Part shown: positions 8,992 to 15,870 of the stretch, one piece after another
Numbering within the stretch: the stretch's first letter is position 1
How the letters are laid out: each line of letters begins with the position of its first letter
IMG/VR virus record: IMGVR_UViG_3300009551_000042
Length of the DNA: 64,000 nt
From: a virus
Taxonomy: Duplodnaviria; Heunggongvirae; Uroviricota; Caudoviricetes
Strand: one strand, 5' to 3'
Program-made: the position numbers and the translations under genes
Notes under the pieces: model-generated
What the model was told of the DNA's origin: nothing
Databases searched by the model: none
What the model saw: the letters and a program-made list of their open reading frames with translations, nothing else

Positions 8992-9063
8992 GCCGGTCTA
9001 GCACTCGGGGAGTGCACCTCATTTGTAACGAGGAGTAGATGGGTTCGAATCCCTTGATCGGCT
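8992..9063 (+). tRNA. tRNA-Thr(TGT)
   Basis: Acceptor gccggtc/gatcggc, D gcac/gtgc, AC loop ttgtaa with A31-C39 mismatch, T atggg-ttcgaat-ccctt. Confidence 0.55.
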
Positions 9064-9150
9064 CTAGGGTGCCTGTTGGTGTGGCGTACCCGTTAACTGA
9101 AGTAACCCAACGCTCGCTGGCAGACCGAGCAAACCCGTCCGCTCATTCAT

Positions 9151-9221
9151 GGCGCATGTACTGCTGGTGCGGTAGTCGGCTTTTCACACCGACCCGCCGG
9201 GATCGTAACCCGGATGCGTCA
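9151..9221 (+). tRNA. tRNA, probable Glu(TTC) with expanded anticodon loop (C31-A39 mismatch)
   Basis: Acceptor ggcgcat/atgcgtc, T ccggg-atcgtaa-cccgg; AC stem gtcgg/ccgac with 9-nt loop cttttcaca. Confidence 0.4.
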
Positions 9222-9310
9222 CTACCCGGAGCGGCAACCGGGCATCAAAGTGTCGCGCGCAGGCTTCGAGACATTTGGCCCGGGCTGGTTCTCTCGATTG
9301 TAGCGCGTTA

Positions 9311-9383
9311 GGGTCGTTAGCAAATCTGGTGATTGCCGTGCGTTGAAGCCGCACAGAGGCCGGTTCGAATCCGGCGCGACCCA
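9311..9383 (+). tRNA. tRNA-Phe(GAA)
   Basis: Acceptor gggtcgt/gcgaccc, D gcaa/ttgc, AC gtgcg-ttgaagc-cgcac, T gccgg-ttcgaat-ccggc. Confidence 0.75.
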
Positions 9384-9473
9384 CTTGTGCGGAGTTGGCT
9401 CCGTTGGCGACGGGGGAAGGCCTGTGACCTGGGGTGAGAGGACCCTTTTGACTGCCAGGAAAGACTGGCTCTG

Positions 9474-9546
9474 CGAGCTGAAGTCCGTTGGACGGACACG
9501 TGTCTTGGGCACACGATGTATGAGAGTTCGATTCTCTCCAGCTCGA
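9474..9546 (+). tRNA. tRNA-Pro(TGG)
   Basis: C1:G72 acceptor cgagctg/cagctcg, D gtcc/ggac, AC cgtgt-cttgggc-acacg, T gagag-ttcgatt-ctctc. Confidence 0.7.
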
Positions 9547-9551
9547 CGACT

Positions 9552-9626
9552 GGGGTGTGGCCCGGGTTTGGGCAAGGGCGGCTGTGACCCGCTTTTAACG
9601 GAGTTCGACTCTCCGGCATCCCTCCA
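9552..9626 (+). tRNA. tRNA, probable His(GTG)
   Basis: Acceptor ggggtgt/gcatccc, T cggag-ttcgact-ctccg, CCA encoded; AC ggcgg-ctgtgac-ccgct; D-arm irregular. Confidence 0.45.
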
Positions 9627-10186
9627 TGGACAGGGAGAAAAGCAAACGCCTGAGCTATGTGCTGAGGCACCACCCAGAAAGCGCCGGGCTTACGCTTGAC
9701 GTTGCTGGTTGGGCTGACGTGCATCGCCTTATGGCGAACATGGGGTTTAACCCGACCGAACTGTCTCACGAAGTGCTTACGAATTCAAAGCAGCGCTTCG
9801 AGTTCAGTGATGATGGGATGCGCATTCGCGCCTGTCAAGGTCACAGTGTGGATGTAGACCTGGGGCTACGCGAGCAGCAGCCGCCCATAGTGCTTTTCCA
9901 CGGTACGTGCGAAGACTCACTTCCTGGAATTCGGGAAGAGGGCATCAAAGCGATGTCCCGTAGACAGGTGCACCTGTCGACCGACCGCGAGACGGCTCAG
10001 CAGGTCGGGGCTCGTCACGGTGCGCCAGTCGTCTTGAGCGTTCAGTCATTGCTGATGTGCGTTGAGGGCTACCGCTTCTATCTCTCGACCAACGGAGTCT
10101 GGCTTACGGATTCCGTACCATCAAAGTTCATCAACTTCGGGCCGCGCCGACAGCCCTCGGGTATTCCCGAAAACCCGGCGCCCTAA
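9626..10186 (+). CDS. kptA: RNA 2'-phosphotransferase (Tpt1/KptA family)
   Basis: KRLSYVLRHHPE, IRACQGHSVDVDL, VLFHGTCEDSL, RRQVHLS motifs; start ATG overlaps the CCA end of the preceding tRNA. Confidence 0.8.
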   Translation: MDREKSKRLSYVLRHHPESAGLTLDVAGWADVHRLMANMGFNPTELSHEVLTNSKQRFEFSDDGMRIRACQGHSVDVDLGLREQQPPIVLFHGTCEDSLPGIREEGIKAMSRRQVHLSTDRETAQQVGARHGAPVVLSVQSLLMCVEGYRFYLSTNGVWLTDSVPSKFINFGPRRQPSGIPENPAP

Positions 10187-10188
10187 AT

Positions 10189-10259
10189 GCTACCGGACGC
10201 GATTGGATCGCGAACCCGCTGTCTACGGGTTGAAGAGGGTTCGATTCCCTTCGGTAGCG
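10189..10259 (+). tRNA. tRNA-Asp(GTC)
   Basis: Acceptor gctaccg/cggtagc, D cgcg/cgcg, AC acccg-ctgtcta-cgggt, T gaggg-ttcgatt-ccctt. Confidence 0.7.
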
Positions 10260-10330
10260 CCCGCTGGTGACACAGCAGACCGCTACCCGTCGGCACACGG
10301 GTTGATAGGCGTAACGGGTACGCCGCTCAT

Positions 10331-10398
10331 GAGTCCGAGTGCAGGGCACAACGAAGCCTCCAAAACTTCGGAACTAGGTTCGATTCCTAGCGGGCTCG
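10331..10398 (+). tRNA. tRNA, probable Trp(CCA); compact D-arm, C31-A39 mismatch
   Basis: Acceptor gagtccg/cgggctc, T ctagg-ttcgatt-cctag; AC stem cgaag/cttcg with inner loop ctccaaa; 68 nt. Confidence 0.4.
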
Positions 10399-10557
10399 CT
10401 ACATGTCGAGATCAAGGCATGACAGCAAGCGTCGTGGTGGCCGTGAATATTGGTCGCGTCGCTACACGCCAACAGCGCTCTCCTGGGGAACGTATGGCAA
10501 ACGTTTGACGCATCGCTTCGAGCGGCAGCAAGCCAAACGAATCATTCTCGAACAATC

Positions 10558-10630
10558 GGGGCACTGACGAAGGCGTCGGAACATCCTTGCAAGATGTCTC
10601 CAGAGGGAGCGTTACCCTCGTGCTCCACCA
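10558..10630 (+). tRNA. tRNA-Ala(TGC)
   Basis: Acceptor ggggcac/gtgctcc with G3-U70, AC acatc-cttgcaa-gatgt, T gaggg-agcgtta-ccctc (non-canonical T-loop), CCA encoded. Confidence 0.6.
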
Positions 10631-10730
10631 GTCGCCAGTTAGCTGATAAATCACTGGCAAGCAGGGACAAGGGTTACCGGTTTACTAGACCCTCCTGCGA
10701 ACTCGATTGCAACGAGCAAACCGGAACAAT

Positions 10731-10799
10731 GCTGGTTCGTCTTGGAGACCGCTCTGCATGGTAAGCAGGCCGGAACGGGATCGAAACCCGTAACCAGCT
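10731..10799 (+). tRNA. tRNA-Thr(GGT)
   Basis: Acceptor gctggtt/aaccagc, AC tctgc-atggtaa-gcagg, T acggg-atcgaaa-cccgt; tiny D-loop. Confidence 0.45.
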
Positions 10800-10978
10800 C
10801 GGGCATTCCCAGGATCGGGGAGTTTGAAAGTCGGCACGCCTGCCGGCGCTTAGCAACTTAAACGCGGGTTGTGGTGACATGTGGCGCGCCGGTCGCTCCG
10901 GCAATGACAATCACATGCAGGCCGGTTTGCTGTCCGGTCGCAATCCACCAAAGCGGACTAGTCACTAAAACAGCATCT

Positions 10979-11053
10979 GCGCGTGAGGTGTACTTGGCTG
11001 CATCTCTGTCTTCCAAACAGAAGGACTCGGATCATTCCCGAGCACGCGCACCA
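10979..11053 (+). tRNA. tRNA-Gly(TCC)
   Basis: Acceptor gcgcgtg/cacgcgc, AC tctgt-cttccaa-acaga, T ctcgg-atcattc-ccgag, CCA encoded. Confidence 0.65.
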
Positions 11054-11054
11054 C

Positions 11055-11128
11055 GCAGTCAATGAGTTACGGTAGCTCGTCGCATTGCCAATGCGGAGGC
11101 CCGGGATCATCACCCGGTGACTGCACCA
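11055..11128 (+). tRNA. tRNA-Gly(GCC)
   Basis: Acceptor gcagtca/tgactgc, D gagt/gctc, AC tcgca-ttgccaa-tgcgg, T ccggg-atcatca-cccgg, CCA encoded. Confidence 0.7.
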
Positions 11129-11129
11129 C

Positions 11130-11198
11130 GACCCGCAGCCCAGGGGGCTAGCAGCGCTGCAAACGCAGCTCGGGGCGGATCGATACCGCCGCGGGTCT
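11130..11198 (+). tRNA. tRNA-like, anticodon unresolved
   Basis: Acceptor gacccgc/gcgggtc and T ggcgg-atcgata-ccgcc are clean; the central region folds as a tetraloop hairpin (gctgc-aaac-gcagc) instead of a 7-nt anticodon loop. Confidence 0.35.
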
Positions 11199-11203
11199 CA
11201 AGC

Positions 11204-11271
11204 GCCCCCGCCGATGGACGGCACCGCGTCTTCTAAACGCACGTGAGCAGGCTCGATCCCTGCCGGGGGCA
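11204..11271 (+). tRNA. tRNA-Arg(TCT)
   Basis: Acceptor gcccccg/cgggggc, AC gcgt-cttctaa-acgc, T gcagg-ctcgatc-cctgc; truncated D-arm, 68 nt. Confidence 0.45.
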
Positions 11272-11275
11272 CTAT

Positions 11276-11347
11276 GCCGCGCTCGACTTCAGGTGAGGTC
11301 GTAGGTTTCTCAAACCTACCAGACGGGATCGTTACCCGTGCGCGGTG
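11276..11347 (+). tRNA. tRNA-Glu(CTC)
   Basis: Acceptor gccgcgc/gcgcggt, D gact/ggtc, AC taggt-ttctcaa-accta, T acggg-atcgtta-cccgt. Confidence 0.7.
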
Positions 11348-11385
11348 CCGATGAAACCAGGCACCACACCGATCGGTTAAATCAT

Positions 11386-11454
11386 ACCCCGGCCCGAGGA
11401 TGGGCCGTGACGCTACGAACGTTACTGGACAGGGTTCGAGTCCCTGACGGGGTA
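11386..11454 (+). tRNA. tRNA-Arg(ACG)
   Basis: AC tgacg-ctacgaa-cgtta, D ggcc/ggcc, T caggg-ttcgagt-ccctg; acceptor has a G7-A66 mismatch or a 1-nt offset. Confidence 0.5.
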
Positions 11455-11512
11455 CCTATGTCGGGCGAGTGAAACGGTTCACGTCAGCCTCATAAGCTGA
11501 AAACACCCAGGT

Positions 11513-12478
11513 TCAATTCCAGGGGCCCGACTCCAAAATCTTCTCCGCGTACGCTTGCCCAATGAGGCAATCCGCGGCGCCAGTCCTATGGATCATGTCA
11601 GCGCCAAACGCTGACCCGTAGGAGTCGATCGCGTGACCAGGTGACGCGATCGACGTCTGCACGGCGCGCACAGCATCCATGCTGGCCTTCTTGTATCGCG
11701 GCGACCAAGTGATCACGATGTACGGATCCAGCGGCTGTTTCGCGACGCCTTCGAACGCCGCCCGCAACGCAGCGAGCCGTCCGGGCCAGGCTGCGGTAAC
11801 CTCGGGGTCGCCGAGCTTCGCTTCGTTCTCGCCTTGATCCCAGACCCAGCGGAAATCAAACGCAGTACCGGACGGGAACTCTTTGGCGAGCAGCGAAACC
11901 GCCAGCTCGAATTTCTTGACGTAAGGAACGCCGGGACCAGTCGGATCCCACTGGCTGATGTACGTGCCGCCGTGCGTGATCTTGATCACGGCAACGCGAC
12001 GGCCGGCAGCCTGCAAGGCCTTTGCTGCGCATAGCTCATGTGACAGCGTGCCGTCGAACGCAGGAGCAACTGACAGGAACGCTTCCTGCTGGAGCGCCTT
12101 TGCCTTGCCGAAGCTGAACTGGAACTCCGGAATTGTTGCGTCCGGAACGCCTCCCGGTACCGAGTCCGTCGACATTCCCTCCGCGTTGCTCTGACCAGCA
12201 ACGAACAGCACGATGACTGGAAGCTCTGGGCCTGCACCAGCTTCGCCTCCAGTGGCTAACGCACCCGCTTCGCCTCCGGCGCCTGCTGCTCCGGCCTCGA
12301 CGCTCGCAGCCTGTCCCGCTTCGCCACCGATGGTCGCTTGCTCAACAACGGCAGGAGCGCCGGCCCCTGATTCGTGGGCCCCCGCCTCGTCGCACAGTGT
12401 GGCCTGATTCGACTCAGTAGGCACCGCTGACGAGCAAGCCACCACCATTCCCACTACAAGCATAGCCATGTGTTTCAT
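11513..12478 (-). CDS. secreted lipoprotein, SASA-type SGNH carbohydrate esterase (sialate O-acetylesterase-like)
   Basis: Signal/lipobox MKHMAMLVVGMVVAC, Ala/Gly-rich linker, then VAGQSNAEG (GQSNMxG-type motif). Only minus-strand gene inside the plus-strand tRNA array. Confidence 0.6.
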   Translation of the reverse strand: MKHMAMLVVGMVVACSSAVPTESNQATLCDEAGAHESGAGAPAVVEQATIGGEAGQAASVEAGAAGAGGEAGALATGGEAGAGPELPVIVLFVAGQSNAEGMSTDSVPGGVPDATIPEFQFSFGKAKALQQEAFLSVAPAFDGTLSHELCAAKALQAAGRRVAVIKITHGGTYISQWDPTGPGVPYVKKFELAVSLLAKEFPSGTAFDFRWVWDQGENEAKLGDPEVTAAWPGRLAALRAAFEGVAKQPLDPYIVITWSPRYKKASMDAVRAVQTSIASPGHAIDSYGSAFGADMIHRTGAADCLIGQAYAEKILESGPWN

Positions 12479-12517
12479 CTATGCGCATGGATATCGTCCA
12501 TATTTATTACCGTCAAG

Positions 12518-12589
12518 CGTGCGCGGCTGAGGTAGCAGCGAAGGCTCATATCCTTTAGCTTTTGGGTTCGAATCCCAGGCGCACGACCA
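12518..12589 (+). tRNA. tRNA-Met/Ile(CAT)
   Basis: C1:G72 acceptor cgtgcgc/gcgcacg, AC gaagg-ctcatat-ccttt, T ttggg-ttcgaat-cccag, CCA encoded; no initiator G-C triplet. Confidence 0.55.
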
Positions 12590-12660
12590 CCAGGAGGCGC
12601 GAATGATGCCTATTCGCTGGCGAGGACTTTAGCGGACCCCGAACTATCGGAGGTTTCGCA

Positions 12661-12735
12661 TGTGCAAGTATTGCAAGCTTGCGATCCAGCTCGGCGGCAA
12701 GATGTGCCGCCCATGCTGGCGTCGGAAGCGTTGAA
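12661..12735 (+). CDS. 24-aa zinc-ribbon micro-ORF (MCKYCKLAIQLGGKMCRPCWRRKR)
   Basis: GGAGG RBS 8 nt upstream, CxxC-N9-CxxC; a second AGGAGG-ATG micro-ORF (MMPIRWRGL) lies at 12603-12632. Confidence 0.3.
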
Positions 12736-12812
12736 CTGACACTCGCAGAGGCGAACGCCTGCTGCGCAAAAATGGAGAGCCGCGCGCCAAGCGTCTGAAC
12801 AGCGGCAACTAT

Positions 12813-12884
12813 TCCAGGTTCGTCTAACGGGTAGGACGCAGGATTTTGGTTCCTGCTATCGGGGTTCGAATCCTCGCCCTGGAA
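12813..12884 (+). tRNA. tRNA-Gln(TTG)
   Basis: U1:A72 acceptor tccaggt/ccctgga (7:66 mismatch), D gtct/ggac, AC cagga-ttttggt-tcctg, T cgggg-ttcgaat-cctcg. Confidence 0.55.
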
Positions 12885-12888
12885 CAAC

Positions 12889-12963
12889 GGCACGCGAGTC
12901 CAGCTGGTGAAGGCGGCGCACTTACAATGCGTTCTCGCATGGGTTCGATTCCCTGGCGTGTCA
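12889..12963 (+). tRNA. tRNA-Val(TAC)
   Basis: Acceptor ggcacgc/gcgtgtc, AC gcgca-cttacaa-tgcgt, T-stem with 1-nt bulge around ggg-ttcgatt-ccc. Confidence 0.5.
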
Positions 12964-12969
12964 CCCCGA

Positions 12970-13041
12970 GCGCGTTCGGTTGGGTAGCCTAGCCGGCCTT
13001 ATGAGCGGTGAGAGCTGGTTCGACTCCAGCAGCGCGCACCA
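12970..13041 (+). tRNA. tRNA, anticodon unresolved (expanded 8-10-nt loop ccttatga)
   Basis: Acceptor gcgcgtt/agcgcgc, T gctgg-ttcgact-ccagc, CCA encoded; no clean 5-7-5 anticodon hairpin. Confidence 0.4.
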
Positions 13042-13042
13042 T

Positions 13043-13116
13043 GCACCTGAGTCCACCTGGTTGGTGGAAACGATCTGATACGTCGTACGCGGTGAGTTCG
13101 ATTCTCACGAGGTGCA
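13043..13116 (+). tRNA. tRNA-Ile(GAT)
   Basis: D tcca/tgga, AC acgat-ctgatac-gtcgt, T gtgag-ttcgatt-ctcac; acceptor gcacctg/gaggtgc with 7:66 mismatch. Confidence 0.6.
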
Positions 13117-13152
13117 CCCGTCTGCGGGAGGACGTTAAACAGTCCCGTCAAT

Positions 13153-13226
13153 CCTGACGTAGCCCAATTGGCCGAGGCAACCGTCTTAGAAACGGACAGA
13201 TGTGGGTTCGAGTCCCTCCGTCAGGA
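13153..13226 (+). tRNA. type I tRNA whose anticodon loop reads TAG (Leu CUA codon) but lacks a long variable arm
   Basis: C1:G72 acceptor cctgacg/cgtcagg, AC accgt-cttagaa-acgga, 5-nt variable loop, T gtggg-ttcgagt-ccctc. Confidence 0.45.
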
Positions 13227-13241
13227 CTAGTAGCGACTAAC

Positions 13242-13326
13242 GCAAGCGTGGTGGAACAGGCAGACGCAGCGGCTTCAAACCCCGCCGGGCTATCAGCCCA
13301 TGCGAGTTCGACTCTCGCCGCTTGCA
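13242..13326 (+). tRNA. type II tRNA (85 nt); anticodon loop cttcaaa (TCA) or alternative register CAA
   Basis: Acceptor gcaagcg/cgcttgc, T gcgag-ttcgact-ctcgc; anticodon stem imperfect (gg/cc then mismatch). Confidence 0.45.
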
Positions 13327-13332
13327 CAGACC

Positions 13333-13857
13333 ATGAGACGCCGAAGAGCAAACCAACCCGGTCGCAAAACGCTGGTTCTTAGCGCAAGCTACGTGCCCGT
13401 CCGCATTATCTCATGGCGCGACGCAATCAAGATGCGTTGCGAGGACACGGCCGATGTGGTGGCGGAGTACCGCGAGACGGTTAGCTCACCGTCGGTAACG
13501 TGGCGCATTCCGGCCGTGATCCGCGAGCGGCAATTTCACAAGGGCCGCGCTGGTGTCAGGTTTAGTCCGCTGAATGTCTTCAGGCGCGACGGCTACCGCT
13601 GTCAGTATTGCGGCGACAGATTCCCGCCCGACAAGCTCGAATGCGAACACGTTGTCCCGAAGAGCAAGGGCGGGAAGCGCAACTGGGAAAACATCGTTGC
13701 GGCATGCCGCACATGCAACGCCAGAAAGCGCGATAGGAGCTGCGAGGAGATCGGCATGTTCCCGTTGGCCAAACCAGTGCGGCCCAAGTCGCTTCCTGTC
13801 GACAGGCTCGAGGTGCCGCACGAGCGAGCGCCTGAAGAATGGCTCGCGTATTTGTGA
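13333..13857 (+). CDS. HNH endonuclease
   Basis: CQYCG...HVVPKSKGG...N...ACRTCNARK HNH motif; ATG chosen right after the tRNA 3' end (longer 13300 start would overlap the tRNA). Confidence 0.7.
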   Translation: MRRRRANQPGRKTLVLSASYVPVRIISWRDAIKMRCEDTADVVAEYRETVSSPSVTWRIPAVIRERQFHKGRAGVRFSPLNVFRRDGYRCQYCGDRFPPDKLECEHVVPKSKGGKRNWENIVAACRTCNARKRDRSCEEIGMFPLAKPVRPKSLPVDRLEVPHERAPEEWLAYL

Positions 13858-13862
13858 TTTCT

Positions 13863-13945
13863 GGAAAGTAAACCCTGAGTGGTCGGGGAGCCGGTTTGAA
13901 CCCGGTGGCACCGCAAGGTGAGGCGTTCGACTCGTCTGCTTTCCT
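13863..13945 (+). tRNA. tRNA-Ser(TGA), type II
   Basis: Acceptor ggaaagt/gctttcc, AC gccgg-tttgaac-ccggt, variable hairpin cacc-gcaa-ggtg, T aggcg-ttcgact-cgtct. Confidence 0.6.
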
Positions 13946-13951
13946 CAAACT

Positions 13952-14037
13952 GGAGAGTAAACCGGCAAGGCTGGCCGGGCTTGCTTGCTAAGCAATGTCG
14001 CACCGTAAGGTGTGGGCTTCGATTGCTCTGCTCTCCG
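13952..14037 (+). tRNA. tRNA-Ser(GCT), type II
   Basis: Acceptor ggagagt/gctctcc with G73, AC ttgc-ttgctaa-gcaa, variable hairpin cacc-gtaa-ggtg, T tgggc-ttcgatt-gctct. Confidence 0.6.
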
Positions 14038-14045
14038 CAAAATTC

Positions 14046-14113
14046 GCCCGCGCGCTTCGGAAGCATCGTGCATTCGTATCGCACCTAACCCGGTTCGACT
14101 CCGGGCGTGGGCT
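14046..14113 (+). tRNA. tRNA, possibly Thr(CGT) (A31-C39 mismatch, compact D-arm)
   Basis: Acceptor gcccgcg/cgtgggc, T cccgg-ttcgact-ccggg, AC gtgc-(a)ttcgtat(c)-gcac. Confidence 0.35.
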
Positions 14114-14115
14114 CT

Positions 14116-14802
14116 ATGGATCTCGACCTGTGGCGCACGGCTGCCGTTGCGCTCGATGAGTACGCTTGCAATGGGGACAAGGGGCGCGACAAGCGTGATC
14201 CTGTCTACCTTGAGGTCGTCGAAAAGCGCGACGGAATTCTAGTCCCGTATGACCGCTATTCCAGCTGCGCAGATCGCGCGCACTGGAAACTCTGGCGCCT
14301 CGGGGTGCGAGAGAAGTTCGTTAACCGAGAGGAACGAACACCGCTGCCGAACGATTGGCACGTCGGCGCCAACATCTCCCAGCTTTGGAACAAGGCAATG
14401 GGCTCACCATCTGAGCAACCTACCGCCGACTGGCTTCCGGAACCAGGCGATGAGCTGCTGATTTGGAACACCGGGAACGATGCTCATTCGCTCTCGATCA
14501 TGAGCTACGACCCGGTAAAGCGCGAAGCGCGCACCGCGAACTACGGAACCGCCGGCATGAGTAAGGCGACGTTTCCAGGCGCGAAGTGCAGCACCGCTCC
14601 CCTAGTTTACACCGCGCAAGATGGCTGGCTCTATGGGCTCAGTCACAAGCGCAAGGTGCAGCGTGTAACCAAGCTAGCCAAGGTGGTCCCTCTGATCACG
14701 GCGAAGCCTAACTTCAGAGACAGTGCTGGTCAGTACATCTTCGGAAACGGAGAATCGCTGGATGCGCTAGAGGCCCCGTGGAATCAGAACACACTCGCGT
14801 AA
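14116..14802 (+). CDS. hypothetical protein, possible Cys/His peptidase-like (CHAP/NlpC-like?) enzyme
   Basis: ATG immediately after the tRNA 3' end; conserved-looking SCADRAHW and NDAHSLSIMS segments; function not established. Confidence 0.45.
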   Translation: MDLDLWRTAAVALDEYACNGDKGRDKRDPVYLEVVEKRDGILVPYDRYSSCADRAHWKLWRLGVREKFVNREERTPLPNDWHVGANISQLWNKAMGSPSEQPTADWLPEPGDELLIWNTGNDAHSLSIMSYDPVKREARTANYGTAGMSKATFPGAKCSTAPLVYTAQDGWLYGLSHKRKVQRVTKLAKVVPLITAKPNFRDSAGQYIFGNGESLDALEAPWNQNTLA

Positions 14803-14834
14803 CAGTCCCCCCAGCGGCAGAGGTCGACAACCGC

Positions 14835-15221
14835 ATGGTGCAGCTCGCTTTGAGCAGTATGGCCACCACGCTGGAGACCATCGAATCGGCCGTTAGCCAC
14901 ATCCCCGGCATTCGGGGCGCCCTACAGACGCTTGAGAACCAGCACGACGTCACCGTTAAGCTGATTGGTGAAGCCAAGGGCGCGGCCAATCTTGCCGGCG
15001 GCATGGCAGCGCGAGCGCTGGAAGAGATCCAGGACGTTCGCATTACGGTCAATCGTATCGAGACAGCTGTCGGACTGCTAGCTCAGTCGATGCAGGGACT
15101 TGAGCAGGCCAGCCGCTCGCTAATCGAAACCGTGTACCCCGAGCGCGATAGCCCGAGCACGCCACCAGAGATTGAGCTGGCAGACGTTGTGCCGATCCGA
15201 CGAGCGATGACCGGCGAGTAA
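14835..15221 (+). CDS. hypothetical coiled-coil protein
   Basis: Internal ATG after the upstream stop; the longer 14778 start would overlap. Confidence 0.5.
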   Translation: MVQLALSSMATTLETIESAVSHIPGIRGALQTLENQHDVTVKLIGEAKGAANLAGGMAARALEEIQDVRITVNRIETAVGLLAQSMQGLEQASRSLIETVYPERDSPSTPPEIELADVVPIRRAMTGE

Positions 15222-15241
15222 AGATTTCGGAGAGGGAGAGA

Positions 15242-15808
15242 ATGCAAGCACCACCAAAGCCGCGCCGTCCGCAGCCGGACGCGCGAGGTTTGCCTTTGGC
15301 GCGTCAGGACATCGTGCCAGGTATACCAAAACAGGCGCCATCGCCGCGCGCCCTGGAGGCCGCCAGGGAGGCCGCACGGGCTAGCAGCCCCGAGGTCCAT
15401 GACCTGCAGATCGAGTCCCTAGACGGCCGCGTAACCGCACTAGAGGCCCGTGTCGGTGACATGAGCGCGAGTCAGCACCGGGTAGCAAACTCGGTCGACA
15501 AGCTCACTGAAAAGTTCGGCGAATGGGAACTTCAGGCAGCCGGCAGCGAGAACGTCAAGATCCAGGAAGAGCAAAAGACCAAACGCTGGGTCTCGCTCAT
15601 TGGCCTACTGACCATGATCATTTCGCCGCTCGGCGCTGTAGCGGGTAGCTATCTCACGCGCGAGACGCCGCATACGCAGACTCAGCAAGTAATCGTCAAA
15701 AGCGAGATGCAAGAAGAGCTTGACGAATGCGCGAAAAAGCCGCGCGAGAAATACGCAGAGTGCTGGCGTGACGTCACGCTGAAGCATCTCCCACAACAAG
15801 AACGCTAA
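15242..15808 (+). CDS. hypothetical protein with C-terminal TM segment
   Basis: GGAGAGGGAGAG RBS; TM WVSLIGLLTMIISPLGAVAGSYL. Confidence 0.6.
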   Translation: MQAPPKPRRPQPDARGLPLARQDIVPGIPKQAPSPRALEAAREAARASSPEVHDLQIESLDGRVTALEARVGDMSASQHRVANSVDKLTEKFGEWELQAAGSENVKIQEEQKTKRWVSLIGLLTMIISPLGAVAGSYLTRETPHTQTQQVIVKSEMQEELDECAKKPREKYAECWRDVTLKHLPQQER

Positions 15809-15825
15809 CGACAGTCAGGTGTCGT

Positions 15826-15863
15826 CAAAGCCCCTCGGGTTCACGCCCGGGGGGCTTTTTTGC
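15826..15863. terminator. bidirectional intrinsic terminator
   Basis: aaagcccctcgggttcacgcccggggggcttttttg: GC-rich hairpin with T6 on plus and A-run on minus, between convergent genes. Confidence 0.6.
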
Positions 15864-15870
15864 GTCCATC

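Noticed and set aside
8650-10764. Numerous 60-190-aa ORFs on both strands across the tRNA array (e.g. 9222-9575, 9317-9769, 9343-9699, 10062-10508, 10450-10764)
   Set aside because: They run through multiple well-formed tRNA genes; products are Arg/Pro-rich low-complexity.
11506-11523. cccaggttcaattccagggg resembling a T-arm
   Set aside because: Flanking stems are not complementary (ccagg versus ccagg); it is the 3' end region of the esterase gene.
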